From positions 1 to 56,616 of the forward strand of contig NKIB01013488.1 in the NCBI GenBank assembly GCA_002256025.1: a DNA stretch of 56,616 nucleotides. Direction: 5' to 3'. The position numbers were made by a program, and so were the translations under genes. Origin of the DNA: Asterionella formosa. Its lineage: Eukaryota. The notes under the pieces were generated by a model that made no database searches, was not told the DNA's origin, and saw only the letters and a list, made by a program, of their open reading frames with translations. Below, piece after piece: positions 11,658 through 24,624 of this stretch. Each line of letters begins with the position of its first letter. Within the stretch, counting starts at the first letter, position 1.

Positions 11658-14193
11658 CTTTCCGGCTAGGCTGATTTCAGTCAAAGAGACTGGATTCAGT
11701 CTGGGTTTTCAATCCTTGCCCCTAGATCAATTCAACGGATATTTCATTTCTGAAAAGTTAATCTAAATCTAAAGAACTGTAGGTCTCTGGAGGTAGGCAT
11801 GGCAATAAGTTTATAGGCTTCGAAAAAATTTTAGATACATGAGAAGCCTACCAGCCGAAAAAATCTCAAAAATGTTTGTGCGGTATGGCGCGAAAACGAA
11901 AATTGACCATGGGAAAAGGTGCCATCGTTTCATGCCTATCAAAGTACATTCACCCCTCACTGTGGGTCCAAAATCATCATCTGAACATTGGTAAAGGTCA
12001 TCGACTTGAAGGAATGACAGTTCTGCGGAGGGAGCTCAAGAAAATTAGTGGTAAAGAGGTGATGGCCATTGTGGTCACAGCTCCCGGGACTGTGGATGAT
12101 GCTGATACGACTGAGCTGTATGATATTGAAAAGCACTTCAAAATCATTTTTGAGGGTGATTCAGACTACTTTTACTATGGCAAAGGCGATTATGTACCTG
12201 AGGAGGCAGTAGAAGATGAAGAGATGCCTTCCGAGCTCTTCGTACTTGTCGAACGCACCAGCACAATTTGTAATGCTGATGACGTTGCCCTTGCAGCTGG
12301 ATTTGTTGCTATTGATGATGACAATGCCCCAGCACCTGAAAATGTTGTTCATCCCAATGAATTAATGAACAATTTGTTTGAGGATGAGTGGGGACACTCA
12401 GGAATTTGCTACAGGAGACAGACGGGTGCATCAAATTGCAATCCATGACTTTCATCATTTCCAACTCAGTTGAAACCAACTGTCTTCCAATTGTTCGAAT
12501 TATTTTTTCCTGCAGAATTCTTGAAAGATAATTTTTTGTTTATCATTAATCTAAAGATACTAGAGGGCAAATCTGTTACCTATGGTGAGCTACTCAGATG
12601 GATTGGAATTGGTTTTTAATGGCAACAACGCAGGGAACAAAACGGCATGATTTTTGGTCAGTTGCTGCGCCTACCAATATTTTCGACAATGCCTCATTTC
12701 GGCTAAATCACCTCATGTCTCGTGATCGATTCGATTCAATTCTTAAGGCTATAAGCAATACAATTTTGCCAGCACCTGATTATCCGGACCGCTTTCATGA
12801 AGTAAGGGAAATGATTGAAGAATGGAATGAGAACATGCAACATAATTTTAAGCCAGGACACATTTATGTTAAGACAAATCAATGTCTACATGGACAAACA
12901 TGCATACCTGTCCTGGATTCATGTTTGTTCCCCGAAAGCCTTGGCCATTCGGAAATGAATACCACACAGTTTGCTGTGGCAATACAGGAATCATGTTTGC
13001 AATGGAAATAGTGGAGGGAAAAGATGCTCCCCGATCACGACAATATCAAGAGTTTGATGATCTTGGTGGGAAGACTGTTGGGCTATTGCTTCGACTCTCA
13101 AAATCGATTTGTGGGTCAGCAAGGATAATTATTCTTGACAGTGGATTTTTTGTACTAAAGAGAATCATTGAATTAAGGAAGAAAGGATTGTATGCATCAG
13201 CACTGATAAAGAAACGCCGCTTCTGGCCAAAATACATCCGAAGTGAAGAAATCAAGGCACACTTCGAAAGCCTTGAGTGTGGCTTTGCAGATGCCTGGCC
13301 AGGAAAACTAGACAACATCCCCTTCCACATATATTGCATGAAGAAACCAGACTAAGTGATGTCTCTAATGTCTACGGTATGTATGGGACCTTAGAACCAA
13401 TTGGCAAGGTTTCAATGGGAAATGGGTTGGTACAAGGAACAAAGCGCCAAAAACAGGTTACATATACTGAGGGTATCTACACCCACTACAAGTTTTGGCA
13501 AGCTGTTGATGATCATAATGAAGAAAGGCATTTCCCAATCAGTTTGGAGGTGTATGGGCGACGAAATGGTGGCCAAATAGAGTATTCGCATTCATCTTGT
13601 CAGTCATGGAAGTAAATGTCATGCTGGCATATAAACACTTCTGCAAGGAGGAGGTTGATGGCATGCTCGGTTTTCACAAGCTTTTGGCAGAGGCATTGGT
13701 ATGTAATCCATATTACAAAGATGAAGAATTATCTCCTCAAAGGTCATCGAGATTGACAAAAAATGCTGAGCACACAGTTTTCCGGCTACCCAAAGGCAAG
13801 AAATTTTTCGGGACAGAGGTTGTGGATGCTGACAGTTCGCTCCCACCCCCAAAGTACATGTGTAGACTGCAAAAGAAAGACTCAGACATGTTGTATATGC
13901 TCCATGGGTGTCTATCATTGTGTTGACTGTTGTTTACATCATTCCATGGAAGCAGTATCGAGTCCTTCCAGTCCAGACTGATGTGTCTGTGGAATTTTTC
14001 ATGTTGTGACTGGCTGACGACTAAGAAATATTACTAGTTCAAATTTCAATTCTTTGTCTTTAACATGAATAACCTTTTTATTTAGGCGAAAACGTACTAT
14101 CCAGCGATGTTTATAAAGTTAAAGGAAGGAGATGTTAAGGCTTTCTTATCGGGCCGCAAAGGGAGACTGATATCAGCCTGTCTAGCCGGAAAG
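11658..14193 (+). mobile_element. piggyBac-like DNA transposon with terminal inverted repeats, inactive
   Basis: Left end CTTTCCGGCTAGGCTGATTTCAGTC (11658-11682) is the inverted match of right end GACTGATATCAGCCTGTCTAGCCGGAAAG (14165-14193), with a 4-nt indel and one mismatch. It encloses a transposase pseudogene. No intact TTAA TSD is visible. Confidence 0.85.
11885..13981 (+). pseudogene. piggyBac-like transposase (DDE_Tnp_1_7/PGBD4-like), broken by stops and frameshifts
   Basis: Consecutive ORF pieces carry MSRDRFDSIL, FVPRKPWPFGNEYHTVCCG, IILDSGF, YASALIKKRRFWPK, AVDDHN and a C-terminal CxxC...CxC...CxxC cysteine-rich domain. Confidence 0.9.
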
Positions 14194-14574
14194 AACCCGG
14201 TACTGTGTAGATTGAAATACATGATAAAATTATTTTTGAAATAAACAGACCTCGCGATGTGTAACTGTGGTGCCGCAACCTTAATACCTGCCCCATTAGG
14301 TACGTCTCCTGCGTGCGTGCGTTGAGATTGCTTCGAACACTGGGCCATTATTGTACAAATTACCCTGCCAACGGTTTATTACTCTTTGAACAATTTCGGA
14401 CCGTTTTATCTTCACATACATACCAGGCAGTATCATAAGCAAGTTTGTATTAAACGCGCTTGATCGTTTGTTGGAGGGACTTAACGAAAAATTGTGAGTA
14501 TACGTTTCCTCATTATCGGATACTTGTCGGAAGTCCGAACAAAAGACTCAGAACAAATGTTTTTAATTTTATGA

Positions 14575-14815
14575 ATGTACTGTCTGGATACCGGTTACCA
14601 GGTACCTGATTCCGGTAATGATACTGTGGATGCATGTATTTCGCGGTATGGTACCCTGGTACCAGGGTACTGTACCAATACCAGGTACCTGTTACTCCTG
14701 TTAGTGAAAGGGACCAGAGTACCGGGACCTGATACCATTTACTCTGCTTGGTACCAGTTACCCTGTACAGTGCCACAACGTGCTACCAGGTATCGTTACT
14801 GGTAATACCTGGAGT
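14575..14815. repeat. Largest cluster of TACCAGG/TACCTGG/TACCGG (GGTACC-centred) palindromic micro-repeats
   Basis: Dense run such as GGTACCCTGGTACCAGGGTACTGTACCAATACCAGGTACCTG. Similar clusters recur through the window (see findings). Confidence 0.8.
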
Positions 14816-15361
14816 ATCATACATAGAATGTATATTTGTTTTTTATTAGTAATACTAACTGAATTTGAGTCATTATATCGGTTTTTAGGTAGCCCGGTGG
14901 CTTGACTCCCGTAGCAGCTGGTATTTCTTTTCGTTCATATTGTAGTAGAAAAAGCAAGCATGAACATTGGGAATTTTAAGCCGGTCGTGAAGGAGAGGCA
15001 GAAAATGAAAGAATACTTACCTGTAGTACATCATATACCACAAGGAGTATTTTTTACGTTTTAGCGACGACACTCTCAATTGTGATCAAAGTGTCACACT
15101 CTCCTCTACATTATACGTTCATCAGCAATCTAATCTATCTCCATTTGCCGGGAATTCGTTGGATAATATCCTTTCATATATTCATTCATTCAAGGACCGT
15201 CCATTCATTGCACAGCCTTAGTGCCTTCCGTCAGTCGTGATTAACAACACGTTGTGACGGTTCGTTCCCGCAAAACGAGAGTCGAGTCGCCAAAGTCTCT
15301 CTTAGATCCCTCCTATTGTGCTACTCCAAACGTCGCATCGCTACAAAAGATATAAACTTTT

Positions 15362-16333
15362 ATGCAAATGATTGCCTCCCGACGTTTGGTGTCGATTCTA
15401 TCTTACTTGGTGCTGATCGCATCACAATCAATCATAGGCATCACCGCTATCAACGAGGGAGGTATAACACTGACGGACCTTCCAGCTATTGACCTCAATT
15501 TGCTTGTCAAGGAATCATCATCCGTAAATCTCTACTCATTCCGATCTGCCCTGATCGAATCACTCTATTCTCACCTCACATCTACGTTGGAAGAATTGCT
15601 TCCTAAATTCGCTCTGATTGGCGTTTCCCTCGATTGTAATTTGTTAAGGTTGGCAAACAGCGATTCCAGTAACAATCTAGCCTCCCTTGAAGCAGTTTGC
15701 AGTGGAGCAACTCTTGTGAATAGTACGTTGGGCTTCCAGGCGGTTGACATGCATGTGTTTGTTTACGCGGCCCTTACCGGGGATCACTATCGACAGCTGA
15801 TAAGTCGCTTCGCAGCAGACGACTTACTTTCTACCATTCAGAGCGTTGAAGTTTTGGTGGAAAGTGCCTTGATTAATCTGAAATCTTTGTCTGGTGAATC
15901 TGTGACCGCATCGTACAACGAGACACCAAAGTGGAGATTGCCTCTGCTTGCCGCGTTTTCCACTGTATTGGCTGTCTTTTCCCTTTGTATATTTGTCTTA
16001 TTGTGGAGAAAGTACATCAACGGTTTTTGTGGTGTTAAGACTGGATGCGAAGAAAAAGTGAATGATAATGACAACAAAGATGAAAATGATACTGAAATGG
16101 GATCTGAAGATGGAATTGATGCCAAGTCAGAATCACCCACAAAGTCATCACCGTCACGACGTCTTTCGATGCCAGTTTCCAATCTGAGCATGATTGATGA
16201 AGGGGAAGATGAAGACTCATCTATTCGGAGCAATTTGTCAGCCAAGATAAGCAAAATGCTGGGCAACAAGCATCTGCATCTTGTTGGTCATGACAAGGAG
16301 GGCAATCCAGTGGTTGAGTATATATCTGTGTAA
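15362..16333 (+). CDS. Type I single-pass membrane protein with SEA-like ectodomain, 323 aa
   Basis: Signal-like LVSILSYLVLIASQSIIG; TM segment LPLLAAFSTVLAVFSLCIFVLLW followed by RK; acidic Ser-rich tail. Confidence 0.82.
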   Translation: MQMIASRRLVSILSYLVLIASQSIIGITAINEGGITLTDLPAIDLNLLVKESSSVNLYSFRSALIESLYSHLTSTLEELLPKFALIGVSLDCNLLRLANSDSSNNLASLEAVCSGATLVNSTLGFQAVDMHVFVYAALTGDHYRQLISRFAADDLLSTIQSVEVLVESALINLKSLSGESVTASYNETPKWRLPLLAAFSTVLAVFSLCIFVLLWRKYINGFCGVKTGCEEKVNDNDNKDENDTEMGSEDGIDAKSESPTKSSPSRRLSMPVSNLSMIDEGEDEDSSIRSNLSAKISKMLGNKHLHLVGHDKEGNPVVEYISV

Positions 16334-16774
16334 ACACATATTTGTTTGTATAATACACATCTTTTATATCACTTTGTTCAACTGCTTACTTGGACACCAC
16401 TTGATCCTTGATTTATTGTTGAGCAACTCAAAAGAGGAACCAATTCTACATGTATGAAATTAATGATAACAAATTCTATGATACAATACTTACATGCATC
16501 ACAACCCTAGAGTGCAAACACTATTAGTATAATAACCTACCAGAAGTGCACTCAGTGTTCCACAATACTTTGTGAGGATGCAGTCTAGAGCAACTCGAGC
16601 ACAGCTGTACAATGGCAGGATTAAGTGTGGAGCAAGCAAGCCTTTTCAAAATTGGGAACTTGTATCAGGCACTATCAAATGGAACACTTGCAAAAAATTA
16701 ATAAGAGTTACATTTTTTAGAATGTGACCTCCTATTTGAAAATGAGACAGATTGTTTCAAGTAGCAAAGGAGCA

Positions 16775-17145
16775 TGGCGATGCTGTACTTCCAAGGTCAT
16801 TTTCTTTGCAAACATGCTTCATAGTAAAAGTAGCCCAGATGATCCTTTTCAGAAATGATCTTGAAGTGATTTTCAAATGCATACAACTCAGCTGTAACAT
16901 CAGCATCATCAAAAGTCAAGGGAAACTGTGGCAGAATGACCATTACCTCTTTTCCTCTGACTTTCTTGAGCTCCTACCTCTGCAGAATTATCATTCCTTC
17001 AAGTCAGTGACCCTCCTTTGTGATGTTCACATGATGATTTGGGACCCATGGTGATGGTTGAATATACTTGGAAAGGAATGACATGAAATGATGGCACCAT
17101 TGCCGATTGCTTGTCAATTTGCATTTCTGCTCCCCTCATCCAGCA
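16775..17145 (-). mobile_element. Degenerate second fragment of the piggyBac-like transposase 5' region
   Basis: The reverse complement aligns with about 11890-12180. Shared blocks include GGTGCCATC, ACTTGAAGGAATGA, GGAGCTCAAGAAA, AAAGAGGT, GATGATGCTGAT, CACTTCAA.ATCATTT and CTACTTTTACTATG. There are many indels. Confidence 0.8.
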
Positions 17146-17573
17146 TAGACATTTTTACAATGATTTCAGCAGGCAGACTTGGTATCTCATGTAACTTGAA
17201 TATATTACTGGTATTCAAACCTTGAAAACTCCAGAAGCCCTCGGGCCTGTACAGATATACCGGTACAATTCTTCACAATACATATAGGATACTATTGGTC
17301 ATTTTTTGAGGAATGAAATTTCATCAAAGCAATGAGTTGAAGGAGGGGGCAATACATAGATAAGAATAAGATGAAGACTGAAGCATGCGTATTATAGGTA
17401 GACTTAATCTAGCCTGTACAATGCGGTAGTGGAACGAAACCGAGAAGCAACCCTGGCATGCCATGACAAATTCCCATCCTCACCAACTAAATATCAAGAT
17501 TCATGACGTTCGCTTTTCTTGACGAGGACTTACCCAGCTGATTATTGATTCTACCGTCATTCCAGGGACAGTC

Positions 17574-18458
17574 ATGGCTGGGGGGCTTCCTATCTGTAGA
17601 TATGACGCTGCCAAAGGAATGTTTCGTGTTGTCAAGCACAAGGGCAAGACATTATCTAATGGAGGCTTTGGCGTTACAATGCAAGCTATTGCTGCTGTCG
17701 ACAACACGCAGGGGAACGAAACACGAATTGGTTTAGCATGTGGCAAAAATGGGGAAGAATTGAAGACAGTTGCAAAGCCACCGGATACTTATCTATTCAT
17801 CGAAGAAGGCGTTTTTCTGCATGAACAGGGCCTGATCGAACTTTGGAACGAGTCCTTGCAAGAGTCGTCCTCGCTGATGGATTCAAAGCAACTGTATGCA
17901 TTGCTGGAAGGCGGACCGCTTTCACTACCCGTTTACCTCGTGTATGCTCATCTTAGAGCGCAGACGTATCGAGTCGTAAGGCATACTCAAACACGAAAAG
18001 AATTGATTGACGAGCTGATGGCCATAGGCACGAATGGTAGGGAGAGTATTGTCGACGATGATACCATACCGTCCCGTTCGTCCAAAGATATCAAGGCCGA
18101 TTTACGGCAAGATGCTGCATCTGCCTCGCCGCCTACTATGTACGAACCCGGTGCATGTCCTCCAACAATTGCATTCGATGTCTACCCGCCAGATTCAAAT
18201 TTCAAACGAAGCGACCCCGGACTTCCAGCGTTTCATGTGGCAATCTGCAGCTTTGTTCAATCCTCTCCAACGTTTGGAGAGATACAAAATCTGTTGGTCT
18301 TATGCGGAACAATTCCACTTCGAATAGCAACGGTCGCTGACTCTGGAACTGTCGTTATGTTTGCTGTGACGGACTTTGGTGTGCCAAACATCAATTCTTT
18401 AGGCAACGACGATGACGACGACAACAACAACGATCATCATGATATCAAGCAGGAGTGA
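17574..18458 (+). CDS. TSEN54: tRNA-splicing endonuclease subunit Sen54 (294 aa; an extra 5' exon cannot be excluded)
   Basis: Sen54 N-domain pattern VVKHKGK...YLFIEEGVFLHEQGLIEL...YLVYAHLRAQTYRVVRH, and C-terminal FDVYPPDSNFKRSDPGLPAFHV...IATVADSGTVVMF. Confidence 0.85.
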   Translation: MAGGLPICRYDAAKGMFRVVKHKGKTLSNGGFGVTMQAIAAVDNTQGNETRIGLACGKNGEELKTVAKPPDTYLFIEEGVFLHEQGLIELWNESLQESSSLMDSKQLYALLEGGPLSLPVYLVYAHLRAQTYRVVRHTQTRKELIDELMAIGTNGRESIVDDDTIPSRSSKDIKADLRQDAASASPPTMYEPGACPPTIAFDVYPPDSNFKRSDPGLPAFHVAICSFVQSSPTFGEIQNLLVLCGTIPLRIATVADSGTVVMFAVTDFGVPNINSLGNDDDDDNNNDHHDIKQE

Positions 18459-18960
18459 GACTACCATCGGTGTCAGGTACACTGAAAAATGGAATTTTGT
18501 GGCTGGATTCGACTTTAAGGATGAGTCACAGCGTTACTTGTTAGTTTCCTGATAGGTAAAAGACTCCTCCTTCTTCTTAACCTCGTCGTTGTGACCGGTT
18601 TTCAATACAATCAGGATCATAATGTTATCGCAGTTGCGAACGTTCACAATCTGCACAATTTTGGTCTACTCTTTCGCCTTGCAAGCAACCTTAAACAATC
18701 GAGGCATCTACAATTCTTGTCGCACTAGGGGACAAAATCTCACGTGACCGTCATAAAAAGCACTGCAGCACCTTAACCTCAATTTAGTACCCTGGTACCA
18801 CCTAACTCCGGAGAGGGCTCGTGGTTTGGATATCAAGTTATTAAAACAAAAATGAAAACTACCTGCAATCAGAAAACGACCACAATAGTTTTAGCGGGAA
18901 ACAAAGCGCAATAATAAACTAAGAATATGAATATATACGCTGGACTCCCATTATGCCTCA

Positions 18961-20685
18961 TTATTCTTTGGATTTTCGCTTTTCCTTTTTCGCCTTTTTA
19001 GCGGACTTCTTTTCTGCCTTCTTGGCGGCGTCATCGCCATCGTCAGCGTCCGTAACTTCCTCGATCTTAGCCTTCTTGGCTTTCTTGGCGGACTTCTTTG
19101 CAGCCTTCTTGGCAGCCTCGTCATCCTCGCTCTTGTCTTCCTCCTCAACCTCCTCCGCTTTGCGCTTTTCTTTTTTAGATTTCTTCTCAGATTTCTTGTC
19201 TTTCTTTTCACTCTTTGGGGACTCTAACACCATATCACTTGCATTATTATACGCAGGTGATTTCGATGATGACTTGGCCGCAACAGCATCATACTTGGCA
19301 GTCTTTTGAGCAGTGAGAGCTCCATTGCCGTTGGTTAGTGTACCAATGCCTTCCAGCTGTCTCAATCTCGCCTCCACCTTGCTACGCCCCTCGTATCCGA
19401 TGGTAGTATCCGCCGTCACATCATCAGATAGGGCATCCACACGAATAGCGAGTGACGCCTTGGCTGCCAAGACACGACTGATCTTTCCCTTGTTCTTGGG
19501 TGCAGCCTGTCCAATCAAACTCGCGTGGTAGATCAAACCATACTTTGGTGTATCATGCTTGGTCTTCAAGGCACGAAAGAGTGCCTTTTCTGCACCCAAA
19601 ATTTGCACTGTAGACGCAGGTTGCTTCGCCAAGTTCATCAATGAACCAGCATGAGAGATCAAGCGGGCGCCGACAAGTTCACCGACCAGAATGGTAAGAT
19701 TGGGAGCGATCGCGTTCATGCGATTCTTTAGGTATTCAAACAATTGCGATCGGTATTCTGACATGGATAAGACTTGTTCGGCAAGGGAGGACATGTGAAT
19801 GACATCGATTTCAGCGATCTCAGTGCCCATACTAATTTCAGCAGCGTCCTTGATGGCCGCTTCGTTTGTTTCATCTTCCAAGATATCGCTGAGATCCATT
19901 TCACGGTATTTATGACGGTATCCACATTTCAAGACCAATTTACTGTATTGCGCATTATCATTTACAAGCGCTTGCAATTCAGGAAAGTGCCATCCATACC
20001 ATTCCTTAACACGCATGGCGTACGTATTAATCTCCTTGTCAAGTTCATCCAACAAACCAACAGCTTGTATCACCATTGTATCGACTTTGTCAGCGCTGAA
20101 TTTCAATTTGTATCGTCCCAACGAGTGAGACAATCCCAGTTGCATCGCTTTGACGTCTTTTCCTGTAATTTCTTCTTTGGAATCCTCCAAAAGTTCATCC
20201 AAATAACAACGGATACCCCGAAAGATTTCTAGCGTCTTGTCGTTGTGCAACACCTTAGCCCCAGAAATCGCGTCCTTCAAGGCAACACCTAGATTCTTAT
20301 CGGCGACACATACATCGTCCTTTTTGATCTGCTTTTTGAGAAAGTTCTTTAACGATTTAGTGACTTCACCCTCAATGCAGGCGGTGGCAGCCGCGACGGC
20401 ATCGGCTGTGTCAGAAAATGGTTGAAAGTCCACCATTTGAACAAAACCAGTGGCCTTACTGGCGTCACTGAAGAACGTTTCATGGATATCATCTGCGTCT
20501 GTCTTGGATAGCTTCTTTTCGTCCGAGACCTATCAATGGGGATAAATAATGCTGTGTGAGTCAACAGTACTTTGGCCGTCCGTGCAAAGCGAGACAGGAA
20601 ACTGAAACGCGAGAGCCTCTGTGACAGTGGACCTTCATACCTTGAAGAGGGAATATCCTGCTGGGGTTTCAAATAGAACCAGCAT
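18961..20685 (-). CDS. NOP58: Nucleolar protein 58 (box C/D snoRNP core protein); exons 20685-20641 and 20529-18961; 537 aa
   Basis: MLVLFETPAGYSLFK start, GT-AG intron 20640-20530 in frame, LGLSHSLGRYKLKFSADKVDTMVIQA, YAMRVKEWYGWHFPE, PASTVQILGAEKALFRALKTKHDTPKYGLIYHAS, and a KKE-rich tail. Confidence 0.97.
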
Positions 20686-21707
20686 GGTGACCGTGTCTCT
20701 GTCGATTCCTGATAGATAGAATGTCAAATAAGCAATAACGAACGAGATGAGATGAACTTGATGAATCAATATACCGGTACATGGCAGATCATCATCTCAT
20801 GTATTGGCGCTTGATCGACGATCCAGGCATGCATAAACCGCATATTGCTATATCACATCAGATGACATCCCGGTACTAATCATCCATGCCACACTGGTGG
20901 AGGAGGGTGCTTTGAATCCAAGTAGCCACATGGAATTCCACATTCCTATAATGCAAGCTCACAACCCGCTGCGCGCGGTCGTGCAGTTTACTTTTTGCTG
21001 ATGTAAACATTTAATGGAGCTCGAACATTGTACTCTTGTTCCACTCAAAGCCCAGGCGTATTCTAATTTAAAAAATTGTAGCGATCACTCGACGATGGGG
21101 ACCACGCAATGCTACTAATGTCCGTCATTGCTATCACATTACTTTCACTCTAAGCGGCCACTGGTCCGAGCTTTAATCATTTAATTCCCTCTGAAACCAG
21201 AGAGAACCAAGTTATCTACCCTGCACCGATGACTATCGTCATTGGTAGGACATTTCCACACATTTCTTAATGCTTCTTATAGTCGCTGGCAAGCATCGGC
21301 CTCGAATTTCGGTCGCGACTACTGTACTGTATCATCGAGTTGTAGTTAACTAAGTGATACGGGTGCAGTAGCGATACGATGGCACGTGATCTTGACTGCC
21401 GGAACGACAACTCCGGTTTTGTTGTGAACATCCAATTCGGAATTTTACAGGTCGGCTTCTCAAGAAAATCAAGATGTTGACAAATTAGTTGAGCACAACA
21501 TGTGGAGTCGGAGGATGCCACAAGGAGTCGAAATACGTCACGCGGAGTCGAATCATATCATACGGAGTAGAACCGAACGAAAGAATGTACAGTTTGTATG
21601 CTGCCGTACTGATTTCAGGTTTTAAAGGATTAAATGGACGAACTGAAGCCTTTGGCACACATTATGCTGATTTATTCATTTGGAAAATCTACCCATCACC
21701 ATTTATT

Positions 21708-22397
21708 ATGTTCACTGATAGTTTCAGCGGAAGCGACAGCATTAGCCTATTGTCGTTGGAAAGCAGCGTTACTGAGGAATATCATGAATCCGATGAATCG
21801 GTATTGCACGCTTACGGTAGCGATACAGAATCGTTCAAGGTCATCAAGCAGCTACTTCAAAAACTTAAAACTCAGGGTCGGTATATACATGAGCTAAAGG
21901 CCTTGCATGCTGTGGAGCTTGCCGGTAAGGACGAATTCATAACAAGATTACAGGCGGAGAAAAAGACTGAGGTCTCCGAGAAGGCTCTATCCCTAAGTGA
22001 ATTCTTGAACACTGTGCACGAAGCCGAGCTTGCCAAGAAGGAGATACATCTTATTGCGAAATTGAAGGCCATGCATCAGAAAGAATTCTTCGAGAAGGCA
22101 TCCTCCATTATCATGTTGGAAGCAGCCCTTGCCAAGAGGAACTCAACCATTTCAAATTACCAATACGTGCTGGCGACGATACATTCGAAATGCCAGAGGG
22201 TGCAGCCTATTGTTAGTCATATCCGGCACATTATCGACAATCCTCCTCCTAAAATACCATTTGGCAGGTTAACTCATTTCAACGCAGCCATGAGCCGAGC
22301 ATTATATATTCAGCGCGTGAGAGGTGCTTTGGATCAACTGGAATCTTCGTTTGACTTTCTATGCCGTGATGTTATGACCACATCGATACTACGGTGA
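21708..22397 (+). CDS. Hypothetical coiled-coil protein (about 229 aa) with a short internal LKAxHxxELAxK repeat
   Basis: ATG at 21708 (MFTDSFSG) lies within ORF 21489-22397. Repeats ELKALHAVELAGK, NTVHEAELAKK and KLKAMHQKEFFEK are visible. The start codon is uncertain. Confidence 0.6.
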   Translation: MFTDSFSGSDSISLLSLESSVTEEYHESDESVLHAYGSDTESFKVIKQLLQKLKTQGRYIHELKALHAVELAGKDEFITRLQAEKKTEVSEKALSLSEFLNTVHEAELAKKEIHLIAKLKAMHQKEFFEKASSIIMLEAALAKRNSTISNYQYVLATIHSKCQRVQPIVSHIRHIIDNPPPKIPFGRLTHFNAAMSRALYIQRVRGALDQLESSFDFLCRDVMTTSILR

Positions 22398-23473
22398 TCC
22401 TCTTCCAAAGATAGGGGGAACGTTCCATAGTTTCGACCGTAACTAGCAATAGTCCCGGAGTCGTCAAAAGCAGAAAGGTGTAAGGACTACAGGTAGATAG
22501 GTACTTTGTAGTCTACTCAACTTACTACCTGGTAGTTTGATGGGTGATTGCTATGATGTCGCTCCTATATTGGACGACTTACATTAATGTATACCGGTAT
22601 ACGTGCACATACGATATTGACCACCGCGCGAACCTTGTGGATTCTGGTGGGAATAGCTACGCACATGACATAAAAATATTACCAGTACCATTCCCCCTAT
22701 GTACGTACTTTCAAAGCAAGAATTTAAAGTTTTGTGACTTCGCAGGCTCATTGTTGTTCAGGTGGGAGCACAGCATGTGCAGCATCATTGTACAACTTTC
22801 AATCTGTATCATGTATATATATATACCTACGGTACTCTGCCAAGAAGCAAGTTACCGCATTCTTGTCCTATGCAATAAGCCAAGAGCATCAAAGTGTTGA
22901 TATACTGTATGTAGTAACTGGAAAAAGGTCCGAATGTAAACAAATGCTATTACCGGTACCGGTACCGTATCTACGACAGGAGATGGTGTACACAGTACAG
23001 TACATACCAGTACCAGGTGTCAGGTGCTGGTACGTAGAATTGCAGCTGTACACTCTGGTACACTGGTACCAGGTACCATTTACCTAGCTTAGGTGGATGT
23101 GTAGGAACATTCAAATCTGTCAGTATATAGAGCAGAGGAGCATGACTCCTGTGCGTACATTTTAAGTAAGTAGATGTGCACCCCCGGTATGCATGCCGGT
23201 ATAGGCACAGTATTTACGCATGCCGGTGCCACATGAATACAACCAATCTTTCTGCTTGCCTGCCTGCCTTCTGAATCTGATCATACCGCCCGCCGGTATA
23301 TCCTTTGCAAGGCGAGGAATTGCTCCGGGTCCTGGTACAATAGATTGTGTGCACATCATCAGCCAAGCAATGTCAAAGAATAGATCGAACAAAGGACAAT
23401 CATCAACACACAATACGACAAACTGATCATTGTCCCATTGTCAGCCCCATTCGCCGTGTCTCTCAAACGCACC

Positions 23474-24624
23474 ATGCAGCGCCGGGGTACCACTGCAAAG
23501 AGTCTCAGGCCAACCATGTCCGGTGATCCAACGAGAGCAATCGCTTCCGGCGACGACGACGAGCTGATGAAGAAGCAACTCACTAACGGTAGTCCCTCCG
23601 ACAAAGCTTCGCAAGGAACCACGACGCTGTCCTGGGTCGTATCCTTTGCCTTTTTGGTCTGCTGCGTTGTTGGTGCATTCTATTATCTGCAATTATGGCA
23701 AGCCGAACAAGAACGTAATTATGCGGAGCGATTGCATGACGCACTTGATCCCATGACTCGTGAATGGGAGGAGAAGATGTTGGCACTTCAAGAGGAGAAC
23801 GGAAAGCTTTTGAAAATTCCTCCGAAACCTGAGGCTCTGGTGGATCAACAATTACTGAAAAGCCAGGAAAAGCGAATCAGCAAATTGGTAGCCACTAAAC
23901 AACATTTGCAGACTGCGATTCAGGAGTTGAGCAAACGAGAACTGATAGAAAAGTAAGTGGGATGGACTCGTTCAGTAAACAGATCAACGGTGGGTTTATA
24001 ATACGGCATGGTCCTAACAGCTCTATTGGATCTCTTCCCTCGCTACTTTTCAGATTTGGTCGAGGTCCACATCGCGTTGAAATACAGCTAGACTTTGACC
24101 CAGCCGAACCTATTCCGGGAACCGAGGACAAGATTATCATTCAGCTTGCTTCCATCGAAGAAATGCCGCACACTGTTTATTTATTTTTATCTCAGGTTGA
24201 CAAGGAACTTTTTAATGGGTGTTCCTTTCATCGAAATGCTGGTCACGTAATGCAAGCAGGCCCAGCCCCCAATTTCAAATCGCCACCGAATGCCAGACTC
24301 ATGGGACGATTCAAGGATCACATGCTTACGAGTGTCTCCTTTCAAGAATATTCGGACAAGTACCCACATCTGCCGTACACTTTAGGCTATGCAGGTCGAC
24401 CAGGTGGGCCCGACTTTTACATTTCAATCACGGACAATACGAAGAATCATGGCCCAGGTGGACAAGGGAGTTATGACGATCCATCCGAAGCTGATCCATG
24501 CTTTGCTACCGTAATTGAAGGACACAAGGCAGTGGATCGTATGGTCCAAACGGCGGTTGAACCCGGTGGATATAGGCATATGGTACACAATATCAACATT
24601 CGATATATGAAGATCCTTAAGTAA
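23474..24624 (+). CDS. Membrane-anchored cyclophilin-type PPIase-like protein (TM, coiled coil, cyclophilin-like domain); exons 23474-23952 and 24054-24624; 349 aa
   Basis: A GT-AG intron at 23953-24053 joins the two ORFs in frame (EK-FGRGPHRVE). Motifs include MPHTVYLFL, FHRNAGHVMQAG, YTLGYAGRPGGPDFYIS and DPCFATVIEG. TM segment is WVVSFAFLVCCVVGAFYYL. Confidence 0.88.

Noticed and set aside
14513..14805. Short ORFs rich in VPG/WY/GT (also at 22734-23087, 30169-30426, 50478-50792 and the upstream extension of the PIG-X ORF)
   Set aside because: They are translations of the GGTACC micro-repeat clusters, not proteins.
18480..18950. Box C/D snoRNA near NOP58 (also looked for in 20700-21700)
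   Set aside because: No convincing RTGATGA...CTGA pair with a terminal stem and rRNA-complementary guide was seen.
18951..20425. Overlapping and antisense ORFs on NOP58 (likewise those over the membrane, silaffin-like and LRR genes)
   Set aside because: They are shadow frames of real CDS and low-complexity codon patterns, with no independent protein motifs.
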